In this document: one piece after another, positions 1 to 9,528 of the stretch
Position numbering within the stretch: the first letter of the stretch is position 1
How the letters are laid out: each line of letters starts with the position of its first letter
From: Myxococcota bacterium
Lineage (GTDB): Bacteria > Myxococcota_A > UBA9160 > UBA6930
Length of the DNA stretch: 64,000 bases
Direction of reading: 5' to 3'
Assembly (NCBI GenBank): GCA_965223705.1
Contig: OZ245015.1
Location: forward strand, 3,808,001-3,872,000
Made by a program: the position numbers and the translations under genes
Notes under the pieces: generated by a model
What the model was told of the DNA's origin: nothing
Database searches by the model: none
Seen by the model: the letters and a program-made list of their open reading frames with translations, nothing else

Positions 1-575
1 GGGCGAAACTTCTGCCGATGTCCGACGATCCGTGTCCGACGTTCGTCGAGCTGGCGGACGGCGCGCGAGTCCACTTCGAGGAGTATCTGGTACGGGACGG
101 CGCGCCGGACGCGGTCCGTCGGGTCGACCTCGGAGCCGCGGAGCGCGCCGCCCCGGCACCGGGCGTTCTGGGGGCGCTCCGAAACGCTCGCTGCATCCTG
201 GTCTGCCCGAGCAACCCGATCGTCTCGATCGGGCCGATCCTCGCGTTGCCGGGCGTCCGCGACGCGCTGCGTGAGAGCCCGGCGCCGATCGTGGCGGTGT
301 CGCCCATCATCGGCGATGCCCCGGTGAAAGGGCCGGCCGACCGGCTTCTCAAGGCGGCGGGGAGCGAGGTGTCTCCCGTTGGCGTGGCAAAGCTGTACCG
401 CGACTTCATCGGCGGATTCGTCATGGACGAACGAGACCACGACCGCCGCGCGGAGATCGATTCTCTGGGCCTCGCGTGTGAGACACTCGATACGTTGATG
501 GTCGATCAAGCGCGCTCCGAAGCCGTCGCCCTTGCCGCGCTCGACGTCGCCCGCTCACTGGGATCGCCCTCGTAA
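1..575 (+). CDS. cofD: 2-phospho-L-lactate transferase CofD/FbiA (F420 biosynthesis), 5'-truncated by window edge
   Basis: Motifs VHFEEYLVR, CPSNPIVSIGPIL, VAVSPIIGDAPVKGPAD typical of CofD; stop overlaps cofC start. Confidence 0.93.
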   Translation, partial: AKLLPMSDDPCPTFVELADGARVHFEEYLVRDGAPDAVRRVDLGAAERAAPAPGVLGALRNARCILVCPSNPIVSIGPILALPGVRDALRESPAPIVAVSPIIGDAPVKGPADRLLKAAGSEVSPVGVAKLYRDFIGGFVMDERDHDRRAEIDSLGLACETLDTLMVDQARSEAVALAALDVARSLGSPS

Positions 576-1231
576 TGCAAAGCGCAGCCGTCATCCCCGT
601 GAAACAACTCGCCGACACCAAGTCGCGGCTCGCGCGCGATCTGCCGCGGGACGCGGTGGATCGCATCACCCTCGCCATGCTGGCGGACCTGCTCGACTGC
701 CTGCACGGCGTCGGCCGCCTCGACCGTATCGTCGTCGTGACACCGGATTCCGACATCGCCGATCTCGCGAAGCAGTCCGGCGCCGACCCCCTCGTGTTGC
801 GAGATCCCGGGCTGAACCTCTCGCTCGATGCCGCCCGCCAGAAACTCCTCGATGAAGGCGCCAAGGAGCTGCTCGTGGTTCTCGGCGACGTCGCGGGGGC
901 GACACCCGGTGACGTCGGGCAGATGTACAGCGCACTCGATGAGCTCGGCGGAACAGGCGTCGTCCTCGCCGCGGCGAACGACGGCGGCACGTCGGCCTTG
1001 CTGCGCGCGCCGGGCGACCTCATCGGCCACCGCTTCGGGCGCGACAGCGCGGACGCGCACCGCGCGCTCGCGCGGGACGCCGGCGTCCCCTTTCGCGAGC
1101 TCGTGCTCCCTTCTCTGGCCGTCGACCTCGACCAGCTCCGCGACGTTCCGGGCCTCCTGCGAACGGACGGCGCTCGCCGCACCCGCCAACTTCTCGAGGA
1201 CCTGGGCCTCGGGGGAGAGCCCAAATCGTGA
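575..1231 (+). CDS. cofC: 2-phospho-L-lactate/PEP guanylyltransferase CofC/FbiD
   Basis: N-terminal VIPVK..TKSRL, GLN, GGTSAL, FGRDS..H, DLD motifs; lies between cofD and cofE. Confidence 0.9.
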   Translation: MQSAAVIPVKQLADTKSRLARDLPRDAVDRITLAMLADLLDCLHGVGRLDRIVVVTPDSDIADLAKQSGADPLVLRDPGLNLSLDAARQKLLDEGAKELLVVLGDVAGATPGDVGQMYSALDELGGTGVVLAAANDGGTSALLRAPGDLIGHRFGRDSADAHRALARDAGVPFRELVLPSLAVDLDQLRDVPGLLRTDGARRTRQLLEDLGLGGEPKS

Positions 1232-1983
1232 ACAGCGGACCGGCAATTTCCCTGTACCCCTTGTCGGACATCCCGATGATCCAGCCGAAGGACGATCTCG
1301 GTGCGCTCTTCGCCACGGCCGCGGAGCGAAGCGGCGTGTCGCTTTCGAACGGTGTGCTCGTCGTCTGTCAGAAAGTGATATCCAAGGCCGAAGGCAGGTT
1401 GATCTCGCTCAAGGACGTCACCCCGAGCCCTGAAGCCGTCGAGATTGCGGCGGAGCACGACAAGGATCCGCGACAGGTGGAAGTCGTGTTGCGCGAGAGT
1501 CGTCGCATCGTTCGCCGCGGTCGCGGTGTCATCATCAGCGAAACGAAACACGGCTTTGTGTGTGCAAACGCCGGCGTCGATCTCTCGAACGCTCCGGCGG
1601 AAGACGTCGCCGTCCTCCTCCCGGAAGATTCGGACGCCTCCGCTCGGGCACTTCGGAGCGCCCTCGAAGAGAAGGGGCACGGCCCGCTCGCGGTGGTCGT
1701 AACCGACACCTTCGGACGTCCTTGGCGAGACGGCCTGGTCGACGTCGCCATCGGTTCGTCGGGCATCGCCCCCCTCGACGACTTTCGAGGGCAAGCGGAT
1801 CTGGCCGGCCGGGAGCTCGTCGTCACCACCGCCGCGACCGTCGACCAGCTGGCGGCGGCGGCCGGCATGCTGATGCGCAAGGACTCGGGGATTCCCGCGG
1901 TCGTCGTCCACGGCGTGCCCCTCGTGGGCGACGGCGACGTCTCGCAGCTTCTTCGCGATCCGTCCGAAGATCTTTTTCGCTAG
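1228..1983 (+). CDS. cofE: coenzyme F420-0:L-glutamate ligase CofE (single domain)
   Basis: QKVISKAEGR, GFVCANAGVDLSN, DTFGRPWRDGLVDVAIG motifs. Confidence 0.95.
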   Translation: MNSGPAISLYPLSDIPMIQPKDDLGALFATAAERSGVSLSNGVLVVCQKVISKAEGRLISLKDVTPSPEAVEIAAEHDKDPRQVEVVLRESRRIVRRGRGVIISETKHGFVCANAGVDLSNAPAEDVAVLLPEDSDASARALRSALEEKGHGPLAVVVTDTFGRPWRDGLVDVAIGSSGIAPLDDFRGQADLAGRELVVTTAATVDQLAAAAGMLMRKDSGIPAVVVHGVPLVGDGDVSQLLRDPSEDLFR

Positions 1984-2595
1984 TCAGTCGTCACCGGGTT
2001 GCGCAGAACGAACCCGGCGATCGATCGCCTTCCAGAGCGCGTCGAGTCCGTCGCCGGACTGCGCCGACGTGGCGATGCAGGTGTCGGCCGCGACCGAGAG
2101 CGAACGCGCGATCGCGGCGACCGCCTTCGCGCGTTGACTGCGCTTCAGCTTGTCGACCTTCGTCGGAACGACCAGCGTCGCGATGTTCCGCTCGTCGAGC
2201 CATGAGAGGAGGAGCGCTTCGTCCTCGCCCGGTTCACGGCGCGCGTCCTGGAGGAGTACAGCGAGCGCGATCGGGCGATCGCTGTCGAGGTAGCCCTCGA
2301 CGAGGGGCTTCCAGCGGTTGCGCTCCTTGCGCGAAACACGGGCGTACCCGTACCCGGGCAAGTCGACGAAAGCGAGCGCGTCGTGCATACGCAGCACGCG
2401 GTAAAAATGAACGAGCCGCGTTTTCCCCGGCGTCGAACTGGTGTACGCGAGCTGCCTGCGGCCGACGAGCTTGTTGAGGAGGGATGACTTGCCGACGTTC
2501 GATCGACCGAGGAACGCGACTTCCGGCGACTCGGGCTGCGGAAATCCCGAGGGCGCCGCGGCGCTCGCCCATATTTCGGCGCGCTTGATCTTCAT
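1984..2595 (-). CDS. engB: ribosome biogenesis GTP-binding protein YihA/EngB
   Basis: G1 GRSNVGKSS, STPGKT, G3 DLPGYG, G4 TKVDK; start MKIKRAE overlaps upstream gene stop. Confidence 0.95.
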   Translation of the reverse strand: MKIKRAEIWASAAAPSGFPQPESPEVAFLGRSNVGKSSLLNKLVGRRQLAYTSSTPGKTRLVHFYRVLRMHDALAFVDLPGYGYARVSRKERNRWKPLVEGYLDSDRPIALAVLLQDARREPGEDEALLLSWLDERNIATLVVPTKVDKLKRSQRAKAVAAIARSLSVAADTCIATSAQSGDGLDALWKAIDRRVRSAQPGDD

Positions 2596-3782
2596 CGTCC
2601 CCCGAGCACTTGCTCGAGTCGGTTCAACCCTTCTTCGATCGATGTTTCCGAAACGGCGTAGCAGAAGCGCAGGGAACCCTCGGCGTGCTCTCCGAAGTCG
2701 ATTCCGGGTGTCGCTGCGACACCGGCCTCCTCGAGGAGCCGGAAGGCGAGCCGGTGGGAATCCCCGTCCCAACGCCTCGCGCCCGCCAGCACGTAGAACG
2801 CGCCCCCCGGTCGCTCGGGAATCTCGAACCCGACGGTCCGCAAACCGTCCACCATCATGTCGCGGCGGCGCGCGTAGGCCGTGCGCATGGCCTCGAGCGT
2901 CGGTCCGCCATAGCGGAGTGCCGCGATGCCAGCGCGCTGCACGAACGCGCTCACCGAGATGAGAAAATTCTGGGACAGTACGTGGAGCCTTCGCCTCGCT
3001 TCGGGCGGCGCGATCAGATACCCGAGGCGGAAACCCGTCATCGCGTAGCGTTTCGAGAAACCGTCCAGCACGTACGACTGGTCACCTCGCCCGAGCGCGG
3101 TGACACCTTCCCCACCGTCGTACTGGAGCCCGTCGTAGATTTCATCGGAGAGAAGCGGCAAGCCGAGGTCGGCGATCTCGTCGTAGACCGCTTGGGACTG
3201 GACCGCACCCGTGGGGTTCGCGGGCGAAGCCAACACGATCGCGGCTGTGCGTGGCGTCACGGCTCGGCGCACCCGGGCGGGGTCGATGGCAAATCCGTCG
3301 GCTGGATCACACGGCACGGGCACCGGCCTTCCGCCAAAAAAGCGGATGAAGTTCGGGTAGCAGGGATAGTGGGGCGCCGGGACCAGCACCTCGTCTCCCG
3401 GTGATACCAGGAGCGAGAACGCGAGGAGCATCGCCGGGGACGTGCCGGGAGCGACGAAGACGTCTTCGGGGTCCACGGAGCCGGAAGCCCGCAGCGCCTT
3501 GTCGGCGGCGATCGCCTCGCGCAACTCGTGCAGGCCTCGACTGTCGGTGTAGCGCGTATCTGCCGCCGCCAGTGCCTGCTGCGCCGCTTCGACGACTGGG
3601 GCGGGCGCCGGGAAGTCCGGCTCGCCGACCTCGAAATGGACGATGTCGCGGCCCTCCCGCTCGAGCGCCACAGCGCGTTCGAAGACTTCCATCGCGAGGA
3701 AGGCTTCGACGACCTCGGTCCGTGCCGCGAGGGCTCCCTGTGTCACGCGAGGCGGGGTAGCCCCGGCCTCTCGGGGTGTCAA
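2592..3782 (-). CDS. class I/II PLP-dependent aminotransferase (AspC-like)
   Basis: GEPDF, SPANPTG, SDEIY, GFSKRYAMTGFRLG (PLP lysine); exact start uncertain. Confidence 0.92.
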   Translation of the reverse strand: MTPREAGATPPRVTQGALAARTEVVEAFLAMEVFERAVALEREGRDIVHFEVGEPDFPAPAPVVEAAQQALAAADTRYTDSRGLHELREAIAADKALRASGSVDPEDVFVAPGTSPAMLLAFSLLVSPGDEVLVPAPHYPCYPNFIRFFGGRPVPVPCDPADGFAIDPARVRRAVTPRTAAIVLASPANPTGAVQSQAVYDEIADLGLPLLSDEIYDGLQYDGGEGVTALGRGDQSYVLDGFSKRYAMTGFRLGYLIAPPEARRRLHVLSQNFLISVSAFVQRAGIAALRYGGPTLEAMRTAYARRRDMMVDGLRTVGFEIPERPGGAFYVLAGARRWDGDSHRLAFRLLEEAGVAATPGIDFGEHAEGSLRFCYAVSETSIEEGLNRLEQVLGGR

Positions 3783-3816
3783 ACGAAAAAGAGGCTTCCC
3801 GTCGACGAGGGATCGT

Positions 3817-3845
3817 TTGACGCGGTCGTGAGCGCTGGATAGCCT
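3817..3845 (+). promoter_or_regulatory. candidate sigma70 promoter of the ccm operon
   Basis: TTGACG (3817-3822), 17-nt spacer, TAGCCT (3840-3845), just upstream of the ccmE SD GGGGAG. Confidence 0.4.
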
Positions 3846-3865
3846 CGTTTTCCGGGGAGTTTTTG

Positions 3866-4303
3866 ATGTCGACGGGAGTCAAGATCGCAATCGGAGCCGC
3901 CCTCGTGGCACTGCTCCTCGGCTGGTTCGGCGCTGCTGAGATCCGCGAAGGCTCGTTCGTCTACTACCAGACCTTGGACGAGTTCACGTCTGCGCAGGCG
4001 GTCGGCGAATCGGCTCGAGTCCACGGCTACGTGGCCATGGGCTCGATCGAGCGAGACGTCGACAACAAGCGGGTCGCCTTCCGCGTACAGAACGACCCGC
4101 CCCACGGCGGGCACGCGGCAGACGATCCACTGCGCGTGGTGTACGCGAGCCTCGAAACGCCGGATCTCTTCAAAGACGGCGCCGAGGTGGTCGTCGAGGG
4201 CGCGCTGCGAGCCGACGGAACGTTCCACGCCAGCAACGTGCTCGCGAAATGTCCGTCGAAGTTCGAAGCTGGCGGTGACGCCCCGCCCGAACGCTCACTA
4301 TAG
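3866..4303 (+). CDS. ccmE: cytochrome c maturation heme chaperone CcmE, cysteine type
   Basis: N-terminal TM, VYYQT, TPDLFKDGAEVVVEG, LAKCPSKF; followed by ccmF. Confidence 0.92.
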   Translation: MSTGVKIAIGAALVALLLGWFGAAEIREGSFVYYQTLDEFTSAQAVGESARVHGYVAMGSIERDVDNKRVAFRVQNDPPHGGHAADDPLRVVYASLETPDLFKDGAEVVVEGALRADGTFHASNVLAKCPSKFEAGGDAPPERSL

Positions 4304-4324
4304 ACCCGAAGAGGGGACCGCCTC

Positions 4325-6295
4325 GTGATCACGGAGTTTGGCTTCTACGCCCTGCGTTTGGCGCTGGTCATCGCCGGAGTCGGCGTCGCCGCCGGCTGCT
4401 TCGCCGGATTCCGCGCCCGCGAAGACTACGCGCGCGTCTCCGAACGCTGCGTTCTCGTGGTCTTCCTGCTCTGCGCCTTTGCCATGGCGGTGCTGTTCTG
4501 GGCCTTCGCGCAGTCGGACTTCCGTTTCGCTTACGTGGCGGCGCAGTCGGCGCGAAGTATGTCCCTGCCCTACCGCTTGGCGGCGCTGTGGGGAGGCCAG
4601 GCCGGGTCGCTCCTCCTCTGGCTCTTCGTCCTCGCGGCCTACAGCGCGTTGGCGATCCGCACGTGTGTGAAGAGCCACCGCAACTTGGCGCCTTGGGTCG
4701 CGGCCGTTCTCCTCGGAAACGCAGCGTTTTTTCTGGTCCTGCTCAACTTCGTTTCGAATCCCTTCGAGCGCGTTCCCGTGGGCGCCCTGATGTCCGACGG
4801 CTCGGGTCTCAACCCGCTCTTACAGCACCCGGTGATGATGATTCACCCCGTAATGCTCTACACCGGCATGGTGGGTTTTGCGGTGCCGTTTTCCTTTGGC
4901 GTGGCGGCGCTCATCACCGGCGAACTCGGCACCGCCTGGCTGCGGACCACGCGACGCTGGACCCTCGTCGCATGGGCGTTCCTCTCCATCGGCATTTTGC
5001 TCGGTGGCCGCTGGGCCTACGAAGTCCTCGGGTGGGGCGGTTACTGGGCGTGGGATCCGGTGGAGAATGCGTCGTTCATGCCGTGGCTCGCGGGAACGGC
5101 GTACCTCCATTCGGTCATGATCCAGGAAAAGCGCGACATGCTGAAGATCTGGAATCTCGCGCTCGTCGGCATGACCTACACACTGTGCTTGTTCGGAACG
5201 ATGCTGACCCGCAGCGGCCTCGTCCAATCCGTCCACGCCTTCGCGCAGACGAAGATCTTTGGGGTTTTGTTCCTCGGCTACGTCATCGCGAGCGCGGCCC
5301 TCTTCGGCTGGTTGCTGTTCCGCCGACGTCGTGAACTTCGCAGCGAGCAACGCCTGGAATCCGTGGTTTCCCGCGAGTCGGGCTTCTTGCTCAACAACTG
5401 GGTCTTTATGGGCATTCTGGCCATCGTGTTCTGGGGAACGCTGTTTCCCAAGATCTCCGATTGGCTGACGGCCAAGGAGATCCTCCTCGGTCCCGCATTC
5501 TTCAATCGCCTCGTGACGCCCTTGGCCCTCTTCCTGTTGTTCCTGACGGGCGTCGGTCCGCTCATCGCGTGGCGCCGCGCGTCGGCGGCCAACCTGCGCC
5601 GACAATTTCTGTGGCCGGCCTCGGTCGCCGCGGGAACGGCTGTAACGCTCTACGTCGTCTTCGGCGATCGGATCGGGTTTTACCCGCACGTCACCTGGAG
5701 TTTGTGCGCGTTCGTCACCACGACGATCGCTCAGGAATACTGGCGAGCGATCGCCGTTCGCCGACGTGCCGGTGACGGCGTGCTCTCGGCATTGGCGACG
5801 CTCCTCCGGAAAAATCAACGGCGCTACGGCGGCTACATCGTCCATCTGGGCGTGGTGTTTATTCTGCTGGGAATCGCGGGCGCGGGTTTCAACGAAGAGC
5901 GACTCGAAAACGTACAACCCGGAGGGGCGGTCACCATCGGCGACTACGAACTCCAGTACATGACGGCGCAGGCTCTACCGCAACGACACTACGGCGGCGC
6001 CGTCGCGCGACTGGCCTTGCGCGAGGGCGGCGAACCGCGCGTCGTGATGACCCCGGAAAAGCGGATGTACTGGCTCGAGCAACAACCGGCTTCGATCCCG
6101 TCCGTCTACTCGACGCTCCGCGAAGACCTGTACGTGATTCTCACGGGCATCGAACACGACGGGTCGGCGACGCTCAAGATCTACCGCAATCCCCTGGTCA
6201 ACTGGATCTGGCTCGGGGGCCTGACCTTCGTGCTCGGCACGTTTGCCATTCTGTGGCCGCACGGAACGCGCGACGGACGTTCCGTCGTTTCGTGA
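4325..6295 (+). CDS. ccmF: heme lyase CcmF/NrfE family
   Basis: WGGQAGSLLLW, GLNPLLQHP, WWD domain WAYEVLGWGGYWAWDPVEN, SVHAF; many TM segments. Confidence 0.96.
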   Translation: MITEFGFYALRLALVIAGVGVAAGCFAGFRAREDYARVSERCVLVVFLLCAFAMAVLFWAFAQSDFRFAYVAAQSARSMSLPYRLAALWGGQAGSLLLWLFVLAAYSALAIRTCVKSHRNLAPWVAAVLLGNAAFFLVLLNFVSNPFERVPVGALMSDGSGLNPLLQHPVMMIHPVMLYTGMVGFAVPFSFGVAALITGELGTAWLRTTRRWTLVAWAFLSIGILLGGRWAYEVLGWGGYWAWDPVENASFMPWLAGTAYLHSVMIQEKRDMLKIWNLALVGMTYTLCLFGTMLTRSGLVQSVHAFAQTKIFGVLFLGYVIASAALFGWLLFRRRRELRSEQRLESVVSRESGFLLNNWVFMGILAIVFWGTLFPKISDWLTAKEILLGPAFFNRLVTPLALFLLFLTGVGPLIAWRRASAANLRRQFLWPASVAAGTAVTLYVVFGDRIGFYPHVTWSLCAFVTTTIAQEYWRAIAVRRRAGDGVLSALATLLRKNQRRYGGYIVHLGVVFILLGIAGAGFNEERLENVQPGGAVTIGDYELQYMTAQALPQRHYGGAVARLALREGGEPRVVMTPEKRMYWLEQQPASIPSVYSTLREDLYVILTGIEHDGSATLKIYRNPLVNWIWLGGLTFVLGTFAILWPHGTRDGRSVVS

Positions 6296-8097
6296 TTCGC
6301 GCAACGATCGTCGCAGCGAAGTTGCGGTGGGCCTTCGTCGGCGTTCTTCTGACGACCGCCGCATTCGCCCAGAACGGTCCTCCAGATGTTCCGGCAGGCG
6401 ACGCCCGGATCACCGGCCGCGTCGTGCATCGAGCCGAACCGGAACGTGGAATCGCGGGCGTCGAGGTCGCGCTCTACGCCCTGACCGAAGAAGGATTGCC
6501 CGGTTTGCGGGTGGCGACCAGCGATCCCGATGGATCATTCCAATTCGACGCCATCTCATCGTCCGCCCGCATCGCGTATTTCGTCGGTGCGCGCGTCGGC
6601 GGTGTCCCGTTCCCCGGAGCGCGGGTGACGTTCGGAGCCGGCGAGGCGGAAGCGCGCGTAACCGTGCCGATCTCACCGATCCGCTCCGAGGCTTCGACCG
6701 TCATCGTTCCGACGGTCAACGTGCGCCTCGATTGGCGAGGGCAGGAGCTCCTGGTCAGTCAAGTCGTGTCGCTGCGGCACGGCTACGACGAGACCCTTTT
6801 CGTCGCTCCGGACCAGAGAGAAGGCCGCGAGCCCTTTGTGTCGATCCCACTGCCCGAGGGCGAGGCGCAGGTCGAGTTCCCGTTCGGCGTTGCGCCGGAA
6901 GGCATCGTGCAGGGCGAAGAGGCACTGGCGTTCTTCGGTCCGATTCACCCGGGCGACGATCAGGAACTCCGGTTCGGCTACACCCTTCGACCGCGCGACG
7001 AGCGCGTCTCGCTCTCGTTGCCGATTCCGGCGGACGCGGGCCGCGTCGAGCTCCTCGTCCCGGCGAGTGGCCCCGCAGTGGACACGTCGCTTCGGGAAGA
7101 CGGCTCGGCCGAGGTGGGAGAACGGAGCTACCGCAGGTTCTCGGCGAACGCCGTCGATCTCGGTCCGGAAGCGCGCGTCGTCGCTCATTTCGGGCTCCCC
7201 AAGGCGAGCCACGACGCGTCGCGACTTCGGTTGTCTTCGGCGCAGTGGGTGATCGACGTCGACGTCGCGCGCCTCGCCCTGCGGGAGGAATACGCGATCG
7301 AGGTGGACGGCACCGAGCCCGTCGTCGCGGAATCCGACGAGCCCCTGGTTCGCCTCGCGCTTCCAGACGACGCCGAAGCGCTGCGTTTCGGGAGTGACAC
7401 GTCGGGGGTCGAGCTGACGCCACATCCCGACGGTGGCCTCGGGGTGTTGGGGCCACTGCCTCCGGGTCAGACGACCCTGTCGCTGCGCTACACGGTGCCC
7501 GTTGCGGCCGCGGAGACCGTGTTGTCGCGAAATGTCGCGTCCCACGTCGGACTCCTCGCAGTCTACGTCACGGACGACGGCCGGACGCGTGCAACCTCCG
7601 AACGGCTCCATCGGCGCAGGCCCGTTCGATCCTCCGATCGCAACTACATCCATCTCGAGGGCTTCGAAATCGAGGAGGATGAGCGCGTAGCGGTGTCGAT
7701 TGCCGCGCTCGCCCCGCGCTTGTCGTTGCCGCGCCCGGCGTTCCTGGCCGGCCTCGGCGTCGCGACCCTGGCGATCGGGTGGCTTGTCAGCGCACCGCTT
7801 CTCCGGCGAGAGGGCTCGCTCACACCGGATGTCGAGTCCGCGGCAGAGCGAGAGCGGCTCTCCCTGCTCGCCTCGTTGCGCGATCTCGAACACGACTTCG
7901 AGACCGGAAAGATCTCGGCGGCCGATCACGAGCGACTCCGCAGTGTGCTGCGCCGCCGTGCGCTCGCCGCGAGAGCTGCGGGCGAGGCGGAGGAAGCGGA
8001 GGGAGTGGACAACGCGGAACCGAGCTGCCCGTCGTGCGATGCCATTCCGTCGCCGTCCGCGCGCTACTGCGAGCAGTGTGGAACGTCTCTTTCGTGA
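6292..8097 (+). CDS. exported beta-sandwich (carboxypeptidase-regulatory-like) protein with TM, CcmI/CycH-like helical segment and C-terminal zinc ribbon
   Basis: Signal-like N terminus; ITGRV...GVEVAL..SDPDGSFQF; TM near the C terminus; LRDLEHDFETGKISAADHERLR; CPSC...CEQCG; GTG start overlaps ccmF stop. Confidence 0.75.
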   Translation: MIRATIVAAKLRWAFVGVLLTTAAFAQNGPPDVPAGDARITGRVVHRAEPERGIAGVEVALYALTEEGLPGLRVATSDPDGSFQFDAISSSARIAYFVGARVGGVPFPGARVTFGAGEAEARVTVPISPIRSEASTVIVPTVNVRLDWRGQELLVSQVVSLRHGYDETLFVAPDQREGREPFVSIPLPEGEAQVEFPFGVAPEGIVQGEEALAFFGPIHPGDDQELRFGYTLRPRDERVSLSLPIPADAGRVELLVPASGPAVDTSLREDGSAEVGERSYRRFSANAVDLGPEARVVAHFGLPKASHDASRLRLSSAQWVIDVDVARLALREEYAIEVDGTEPVVAESDEPLVRLALPDDAEALRFGSDTSGVELTPHPDGGLGVLGPLPPGQTTLSLRYTVPVAAAETVLSRNVASHVGLLAVYVTDDGRTRATSERLHRRRPVRSSDRNYIHLEGFEIEEDERVAVSIAALAPRLSLPRPAFLAGLGVATLAIGWLVSAPLLRREGSLTPDVESAAERERLSLLASLRDLEHDFETGKISAADHERLRSVLRRRALAARAAGEAEEAEGVDNAEPSCPSCDAIPSPSARYCEQCGTSLS

Positions 8098-8128
8098 GCG
8101 ACGCACTCCCGGGCGGGCCGGCTCTTTG

Positions 8129-8860
8129 GTGAGCGACATCCTGCTCGAGGTCCGAGGGATTGCCAAGCGCTTCGGTGGCGAACACGCGTTGCGACCGCTC
8201 GACCTGACGCTCCGCACTGGTGATCGCGTGGCCGTCCTCGGACCGAACGGCGCCGGCAAGTCGACACTCCTGCGGCTTCTTTCCGGACTCGCGCGCGCTT
8301 CGGCGGGATCGATTGAGCTGCCGGGAGTCGCCCGTGCGCGGCGCGGCCCCGCGCTGCGCCGCCGCGTCGGCTACGTGGGTCACGCGAGCTTGCTCTATCC
8401 GGCGCTCACGGTGACGGAAAACCTCGTGTTCACCGGGCGCTTGTACGGCGTCGACCAACCCGCGGAGCGCGCGGCCCACCTGGTTCGTGAGCTCAAGCTC
8501 GAGGACTTCGCCGAGCGGCGGGTGCGGCATCTCTCGAGAGGGGTCGCACAGCGTGTCGCAGTCGCGCGCGCGCTGATGCACGAACCGGAGCTCCTGCTCC
8601 TCGACGAACCGTTCTCGGGGCTCGATCCCGAGGCGGCGCCGGCTCTCGAAGCCCGGATCGAGAGTCTGATGGCGCAGGGCGCCGGGGGGCGCGCGCTGGT
8701 CTTCGTCACCCATGATCTCGCCAGCGCCGCGCGCCTCTGCGACCGCGCGCTCATCTTGCGGGGCGGCCTTCACCGGGAGTGCCGCGTTTCCCGCGACGAG
8801 GGTGCCATGGGCCGGCTCTACGCGGAGAGCCAGGACGCGCTCGCGATGGAAGCGTCATGA
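8129..8860 (+). CDS. ccmA: heme ABC exporter ATP-binding subunit CcmA
   Basis: Walker A GPNGAGKST, signature LSRG, Walker B LLLLDEP; YVGHASLLY; upstream of ccmB/C. Confidence 0.88.
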   Translation: MSDILLEVRGIAKRFGGEHALRPLDLTLRTGDRVAVLGPNGAGKSTLLRLLSGLARASAGSIELPGVARARRGPALRRRVGYVGHASLLYPALTVTENLVFTGRLYGVDQPAERAAHLVRELKLEDFAERRVRHLSRGVAQRVAVARALMHEPELLLLDEPFSGLDPEAAPALEARIESLMAQGAGGRALVFVTHDLASAARLCDRALILRGGLHRECRVSRDEGAMGRLYAESQDALAMEAS

Positions 8861-9522
8861 ACACCCTGTTCACGATTCTCTGGAAGGATCTTGTCATCGA
8901 ATGGCGCACCCGGGAACGGGTCGTCGCCATGGCTGTTTTCGCCGTACTCGTCGCGGTGATCTTCCACTTCGCCGCGCCCGCGGGTGACGACGCTGCGAGC
9001 CGCGCGCACCTGCCGGGCCTCCTGTGGGTCGCCACGTTGTTCGCTGCGATCCTCGGGCTCAACCGGTCCTTTGCCTTGGAACTCGAGAACGACGCGTGGT
9101 CCGCCTTGGCCCTCGCGCCCGCCGACCGGGGCTTTCTATTTCTCGGGAAGGCCCTGGCCAACACGCTCCTCGTCGGCGCCGTGGTCGCCCTCGAGACCGC
9201 CGTGTTTGCGCTGATGTTCGACTTGCCGTTTGCCGGAAACATCGGAAGCTACGCGGCGGTCGCCGGGCTCGGCACCTTTGGGATCTGCTGCTTGGGCTCG
9301 CTGTTCTCGGCCATGGCCGTACGCACGGCCTACCGGGAGGTGCTCCTCCCACTCCTCCTTCTGCCGCTCCTCGTGCCGGTCCTCATCGGGGCCACACGCT
9401 CGACCCAAGCGCTACTCGCCGGCGGGCCGGTTCCCGAGGATGCACTCCGGTTGCTGTTGGTGAGCGACGGCCTCTACCTCATCGTATCTTTCTTGAGCTT
9501 CGAGTTCGTTCTCGACGAATGA
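8857..9522 (+). CDS. ccmB: heme exporter permease CcmB
   Basis: WKDLVIEWRTRE, GLLWVA, REVLLPLLLLP motifs; about 6 TM. Confidence 0.92.
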   Translation: MNTLFTILWKDLVIEWRTRERVVAMAVFAVLVAVIFHFAAPAGDDAASRAHLPGLLWVATLFAAILGLNRSFALELENDAWSALALAPADRGFLFLGKALANTLLVGAVVALETAVFALMFDLPFAGNIGSYAAVAGLGTFGICCLGSLFSAMAVRTAYREVLLPLLLLPLLVPVLIGATRSTQALLAGGPVPEDALRLLLVSDGLYLIVSFLSFEFVLDE

Positions 9523-9528
9523 CCCAGC

